Source: an uncultured Eubacteriales bacterium
Lineage (GTDB): Bacteria; Actinomycetota; Coriobacteriia; Anaerosomatales; PHET01
DNA: 64,000 bases
Assembly (NCBI GenBank): GCA_964607705.1
Contig: CAZSLI010000002.1
Span: 2,791-66,790, forward strand
Direction of reading: 5' to 3'
Translations under genes and position numbers: made by a program
The notes under the pieces: model-generated
What the model saw: the letters and a program-made list of their open reading frames with translations, nothing else
What the model was told of the DNA's origin: nothing
Database searches by the model: none
In this document: one piece after another, positions 59,918 through 64,000 of the stretch
How positions within the stretch are numbered: the stretch's first letter is position 1
Layout: each line of letters begins with the position of its first letter

Positions 59918-61314
59918 TCTGCGGCGACCCCTTTCTCAGCGGCGAGCGCAGCAGACACGACGGCGGGGTCGGGCCTCTCGGCCCCTTCCCTTGCGGCGAC
60001 GTCTATCGCGACCGACAGAGCAGCGGCGGCGACGTCGAGCCGAGTGCCAGCGGGCACGGCGGCGAGAAGCTCATGGGTCCACACGGGGGGCTCAGCGTCT
60101 ACCGACGCCGAAGCGATCCACTCCTCGACGATATCGCGGTCGAAGACGGCGTCGCGCGCGGAAACGGTCTCAAGCTCGTCGTAGCGCCATGAGACCCGCC
60201 GCGCCGCAGCGAAGGCCTCAGCGACCTCCGGAGCGATGTCCGGCCGAAGGATGAGCATGAGACCGCCGAAGTCCTTCAGTGCCCAACGCAGAGAGGTCAG
60301 AGTGTTGACGATCTTGAGTCGCAGATCCGCGGGCACCGTCGGCCAGATCTCGAAACGGTCGAACATGACGGCGACCGCACGTATGCGCGGCGAAGCGAAC
60401 TTCACGAGCGCCACGAGTGTCTTGCTCGGCGCCTTCGAGACCTTGAGCTCCTCGGCCATCGACGATCGGCCCTGGGCCTGATAGGCCCTGACACCTCGTG
60501 CGACGACGGGTGAGAGATTCTTCTTGAGATAGGCGACAAGGTAGTCGCCGAGCAGCGACTCCACGTCCACAGGCTGAGCGTCGTCCGCAGCCGGGAGCGC
60601 AGTCTCGTCCACGTCGCCGAGCGGCGTGACGAAAGCGGCGGCCATCGGGTCGTCCGGGGAGTCCTCGGAGGCCTTCAGCGACTCCTCGCCCTCGGCCGGA
60701 TCGGTCTCCAGGCGATCGATACGCGCGGTGGACACGCGCATGAGCGCCTCGAGGTCCTCGGCTCCCTCGCGTGACGCAAGCGGCTCGCCGAAGATGCGCC
60801 GGGCGTAACCAGCAGGGTCCTCGGCCACGTCGGTTGCGACCGACGCGACGTCGAAGCCGGCCTCTGTGAGCGCCACCCACTCGGGCAGTGCCTCATCGGG
60901 AGTCGCAAGAGCGGCCTGGAGCCACGTGCCGATGGTCAGGTCCGGCTGACGCGCAGCCACCCACTCGGCTGCGGAATGCAGGACCGCCCGGACGCGCCCG
61001 ATGCGCATCATGTCCAGTGGCACGTAGAGCTGCATGATGCCGGGGACCGCCTCATCGGTGGCGAGCGCCCGCAGCGCAGGGGCAAGCGCCTGCACCGCGT
61101 AGATGGCGGGCAGGTCGCCCTTTTCCACGACGGTCGGACGGTGATCGGGGTCGGACGCGAGCACGTTCACGGCCGAAAGTAGCCGGTACGACGCGGCGAC
61201 GACCGACAGGCGCATACCATCGGAGTCGGTGGTGTCTTCTTGAGGGAGAGACAGCGGGTTGCCGAGCAGCCCAAGCGTGTCGAATGCGGGCGTCACAGCC
61301 TCGCGAGGTTCCAT
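59914..61314 (-). CDS. unknown 466-aa protein without signal peptide, translationally coupled to the 14-haem cytochrome gene
   Basis: The ATG at 61314 lies 8 nt after AAGGAG. The track ORF starts 3 codons earlier at a GTG. The stop TGA overlaps the GTG start of the next gene (GTGA). The protein is acidic and Ala/Leu-rich with no Walker A motif. Confidence 0.6.
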   Translation of the reverse strand: MEPREAVTPAFDTLGLLGNPLSLPQEDTTDSDGMRLSVVAASYRLLSAVNVLASDPDHRPTVVEKGDLPAIYAVQALAPALRALATDEAVPGIMQLYVPLDMMRIGRVRAVLHSAAEWVAARQPDLTIGTWLQAALATPDEALPEWVALTEAGFDVASVATDVAEDPAGYARRIFGEPLASREGAEDLEALMRVSTARIDRLETDPAEGEESLKASEDSPDDPMAAAFVTPLGDVDETALPAADDAQPVDVESLLGDYLVAYLKKNLSPVVARGVRAYQAQGRSSMAEELKVSKAPSKTLVALVKFASPRIRAVAVMFDRFEIWPTVPADLRLKIVNTLTSLRWALKDFGGLMLILRPDIAPEVAEAFAAARRVSWRYDELETVSARDAVFDRDIVEEWIASASVDAEPPVWTHELLAAVPAGTRLDVAAAALSVAIDVAAREGAERPDPAVVSAALAAEKGVAAE

Positions 61315-61460
61315 GCAGTGCACTCCTTACCGGTGGGGCGCGCGAGACCTGCCGGGGTCCCTTGGAGGACGCGTCCTCTGTCCAGCTCGAATTATAGCGG
61401 GATATGGGGTTTTGCACCTGCTGTTTGAGAACTCCGTGCCATCTGGAACGGGTTCACGAA

Positions 61461-61494
61461 GAAGGCCCCGACCGGTTTCCCGATCGGGGCCTTC
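61461..61494 (-). terminator. hairpin after the OmcS-like cytochrome gene
   Basis: GAAGGCCCCGA-(12 nt)-TCGGGGCCTTC, an 11-bp stem 34 nt after the stop at 61528. Weak U tract (TTCGTG) on the minus strand. Confidence 0.5.
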
Positions 61495-61527
61495 GCTCAC
61501 GCCATCAGGCGTTTTGCCACAGACGAA

Positions 61528-62817
61528 CTACTTGTTGTGGCAGCGCTCGCACACGCCGCGGTTGTCCGCGCGGAGCAGGGCGCTCGAAACGTTCGGGTTC
61601 ACGCCGGCCGGAGCAACCGTCGTAGGCTCGACCGTCCACGTGACGGAGGCCGTCGGGTTGTTCTTGAGGCGAGCGTTGGCCCATCCGGTCATCACGGCAG
61701 ACGAGCCGTGTGCACGGTGGCAGGTCAGGCAGCCCATGTAGTCGGTGAGCAGCCAGTTGCCGCTGCCGGTCGCACCCTTGGTCTGCACGGTCTTCTCCAG
61801 CGGAAGCACGGTGCTGGTGACGGCGTTGGTGCCAAAACCGTTGATGGTGTTGGCGCTAGCCGGCGTGATGTCGACCGGGTGGCGGTGACGGCCACGGTTG
61901 CCGATGACCTCGGTCGCGCCCGAGACGGACAGCTGACCGCTGCCGTCGCGAGTGAGCGTACCGTTGGACTCGTAGGCACCGTAGTTGTAGTTCGAGCTGG
62001 TCTCGTTGTAAGCCTCGTGGCACGCGGAGCACCAGGTCGACATGGAGCGGAAGCCCTCGCCCTGAGAGTAAGTGGCGTTGCCGCCGAACAGATACTCAGG
62101 CGTGGTGTAGTTCGGTCGATACGAAGCCATCTGCGCCGCACCCGGCTGATGCTTCAGCCAGCCGCCGACCGCGGTGGTCCCCACGGCAGAGACAGGGTAG
62201 CCCTGCTCAGACGAGAAGACGAACGGCTGCGGAACGTCGGCCGCCGTGTAACCGCCGACCGTGTGGTTGTTCACACGATCCTTGAGAAGGCGGTAGTTGG
62301 ACGAGCCGTGAACGTCGTGGCAGCTGGTGCAGGTGAGATCCGTACCCACGGGTGCCGACGAGCCGGCGCCCCACATCGGGTCGGTGACAGCACCCTTGCC
62401 CATGTCGTGCATGGACGACATGCCCGAGAACGCGCCGCCGTTGAGCGTGGCGTCCAGGGTCGAGTTCGTCTGGTAGAGGATGCCTCCACCGAGCGCGACA
62501 TTCTTCGCGCCGGAAGGACCGCCGTCGAAGATGCCTTCCTCGACGTTGGTCGACGCACCAGGAGCCATGGCACCGTGGCACGCGAGGCAGAACTCCTCCA
62601 TCGTGCTGGCCGACGAGACGAGCAAGGCGCTGTTCTGGCCGCCTGCGCCGTCAGTCCACGTCAGATCCGAGAAGGAAGTGTGAGCGCGGTGACAGCCAGC
62701 GCACGCATCAGTATCGAGCGCGTAGCCGCCGTGCGGGCCGAAGTTTGCAAAGGCGGTGCCGGTCATGGCCAACAGGGCCACGGCTGCGATCGCCAGGATG
62801 ATAAATGCTCTCTTCAC
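61528..62817 (-). CDS. secreted hexahaem c-type cytochrome, OmcS-like
   Basis: 429 aa. Signal peptide ...GTAFA/NFGPHGG. Six CxxCH motifs at Cys39, 77, 163, 263, 363 and 423. Their contexts resemble Geobacter OmcS (see findings). GTG start 8 nt after AAGGGGG, 20 nt downstream of the hydrogenase gene. Confidence 0.85.
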   Translation of the reverse strand: MKRAFIILAIAAVALLAMTGTAFANFGPHGGYALDTDACAGCHRAHTSFSDLTWTDGAGGQNSALLVSSASTMEEFCLACHGAMAPGASTNVEEGIFDGGPSGAKNVALGGGILYQTNSTLDATLNGGAFSGMSSMHDMGKGAVTDPMWGAGSSAPVGTDLTCTSCHDVHGSSNYRLLKDRVNNHTVGGYTAADVPQPFVFSSEQGYPVSAVGTTAVGGWLKHQPGAAQMASYRPNYTTPEYLFGGNATYSQGEGFRSMSTWCSACHEAYNETSSNYNYGAYESNGTLTRDGSGQLSVSGATEVIGNRGRHRHPVDITPASANTINGFGTNAVTSTVLPLEKTVQTKGATGSGNWLLTDYMGCLTCHRAHGSSAVMTGWANARLKNNPTASVTWTVEPTTVAPAGVNPNVSSALLRADNRGVCERCHNK

Positions 62818-62837
62818 TCAGTTCACCCCCTTATCGG

Positions 62838-64000
62838 TTAGTGGACCGCGCAAGCGATGCACGGGTCGAAGGACTGGGCAACGCGGAGAGCCTCGACGCC
62901 ACCACCGGTGGCCTGGACGTTGCCAGCCACGTTGGTGAACGATGCCCCAGCCGCATTGTACGGGATGCCGATCATGGCCTTCTCGATCGGGCCCTCGGTG
63001 CCGCCGGGCACGTCCTTGGGACCCGCGTTCCAGGTCGTCGGGACGATGCACTGGTAGCGGACGATCTTGCCCTTGTCCGTGGCACACATGTGCATGAGGG
63101 CTCCACGAGGAGCTTCCGTCGCACCGAAGCCGAAGCGGTAGCCCGGAGGCATCGTCTTGTGGCTGTAGGTGGCGGTGAACGTACAGTTGTTCAGCTGCTG
63201 GATCCAGCCGATGCCGGTACCCGTGGCGTTGACGGCCTTCCAGGTGAGCGGCGCGCCGCCGACGGCACCCTTGGTGAAGTCGCCCACGATCTTGGTGACC
63301 GTGACGAGCGACTCGAGCGCACGACCGCGCAGGCGGTCCATGGTGGACAGGCCACCCTTGAGGCCGACGATCCAGTCACGGACGACACCCATGATGACGG
63401 CGTTGGCGTTCGTGTAGACCGAAAGCAGCGTGGCATTGTCCGCACCAGCAGTGTTGGACTTGGTGTAGTGCGTGGCGCCGACCCAGACCTCTGCGAGGCC
63501 CTCGCGCAGCAGGGCGACCGCGAGGTCTGCCTCCACCATCGCCGGATCGAGACCGGTGTTGCCGGCCGCGGTCTTGACGTAGCGCATGTAGAGCGGGCTG
63601 AGGCCAGGCTGGCTGGCGAGCGTGGTGACACCGTCGACCGGATACAGGCCGCCGACGACCATGCGCGCGAACGGTCCGACTTCCATCGGGTAGTAGGTCC
63701 CGCTGACGTTCCAGCGAGGAGCCTTCAGCCATGAGTAGCCGACCGCGCGATTCGGGACCGTACGGGCCTCGGTCGCAGGATTGGTCACCGTGGTCGCGAC
63801 GACACTGGAGACGGAGCCGTCGGCGAGAACCTGGCCGCTCGTCACGGAGCCCGCGTAGTGCGAAGCGCCGATGAACTCGCGGAGGTTGTCGAGGACGTTC
63901 TGGCTCGTGATCGTGCCGCTGACACCGGTCTTGAGGCGGTAGCCACGGGCGAGGCCGAGCGTACCGTCCTTCTGCGGGAAGCCACCCCATGCGAGGAAGT
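62838..64000 (-). CDS. [NiFe] hydrogenase large subunit, group-1-like, C-terminal ~385 codons (gene continues beyond the right edge)
   Basis: Contains YSWLKAPRW, EVGPFARMVVG, STMDRLRGRALE, EAPRGALMH, VPTTWNAGPKD and the terminal FDPCIACAVH-stop. The frame is open to the window end according to the ORF track. In the sequence as printed, an extra C at 63900/63901 shifts the frame. Confidence 0.92.
   Translation of the reverse strand, partial: FLAWGGFPQKDGTLGLARGYRLKTGVSGTITSQNVLDNLREFIGASHYAGSVTSGQVLADGSVSSVVATTVTNPATEARTVPNRAVGYSWLKAPRWNVSGTYYPMEVGPFARMVVGGLYPVDGVTTLASQPGLSPLYMRYVKTAAGNTGLDPAMVEADLAVALLREGLAEVWVGATHYTKSNTAGADNATLLSVYTNANAVIMGVVRDWIVGLKGGLSTMDRLRGRALESLVTVTKIVGDFTKGAVGGAPLTWKAVNATGTGIGWIQQLNNCTFTATYSHKTMPPGYRFGFGATEAPRGALMHMCATDKGKIVRYQCIVPTTWNAGPKDVPGGTEGPIEKAMIGIPYNAAGASFTNVAGNVQATGGGVEALRVAQSFDPCIACAVH

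Overview
This is a GC-rich, densely coding bacterial chromosome segment, and almost every gene is on the minus strand. All calls were made by eye from the ORF track and the raw sequence, so start codons, family names and the OmcS and ArsD comparisons (made from memory) need database confirmation.

**Layout**
- **1-24 kb:** a conserved housekeeping block with Bacillus-type order, read right to left: greA-lysS-clpC-radA-disA-yacL-ispD-ispF-cysE-cysS-rlmB-yacP-sigH, then tRNAs-tuf-rpmG-tRNA-Trp-secE-nusG-rplK. It contains five tRNA genes (a sixth, tRNA-Pro, lies at 27.7 kb) and is interrupted at 3.5-6.3 kb by a small cAMP module (a stand-alone cNMP-binding protein plus a membrane class III cyclase).
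- **20.7-27.8 kb:** tatA, rex, an M50/CBS protease, MTAP, a YhaM-like nuclease, a DUF62 SAM hydrolase and several small unknown proteins.
- **Accessory part** (27.9-64 kb), which holds the interesting content.

**Main findings**
1. **24-haem cytochrome (27951-30104).** It is membrane-anchored, with a NapC/NrfH-type N-terminus and a triplicated hexahaem module.
2. **Ferredoxin / candidate selenoprotein / DUF362 operon.** The middle gene (32281-32625) is missed by the ORF track because of an in-frame TGA. It reads as an ArsD-like thioredoxin-fold protein with selenocysteine (Sec) in a C-x4-U-GPS motif, and a hairpin follows the TGA.
3. **12-kb chemosensory gene string.** cheR-mcp-cheW-cheY-cheB-cheA-cheC-cheD runs on into a GAF-GGDEF cyclase, cell-wall proteins and an orphan pilT.
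4. **Candidate extracellular electron-transfer system (51.2-64 kb).** This is my best candidate for an undescribed system. A group-1-like [NiFe] hydrogenase large subunit has no C-terminal extension. It is followed 20 nt later by an OmcS-like hexahaem cytochrome. Next comes a tightly coupled operon: an unknown 466-aa cytoplasmic protein, a 14-haem cytochrome split by an FG-GAP beta-propeller, a membrane-anchored protein, and a 1628-aa Ig-repeat surface protein.

**Not found:** rRNA genes, CRISPR arrays, transposases or prophage genes.

**Caveat:** the printed sequence has 64001 nt. It differs from the ORF track by one base at 63900/63901.
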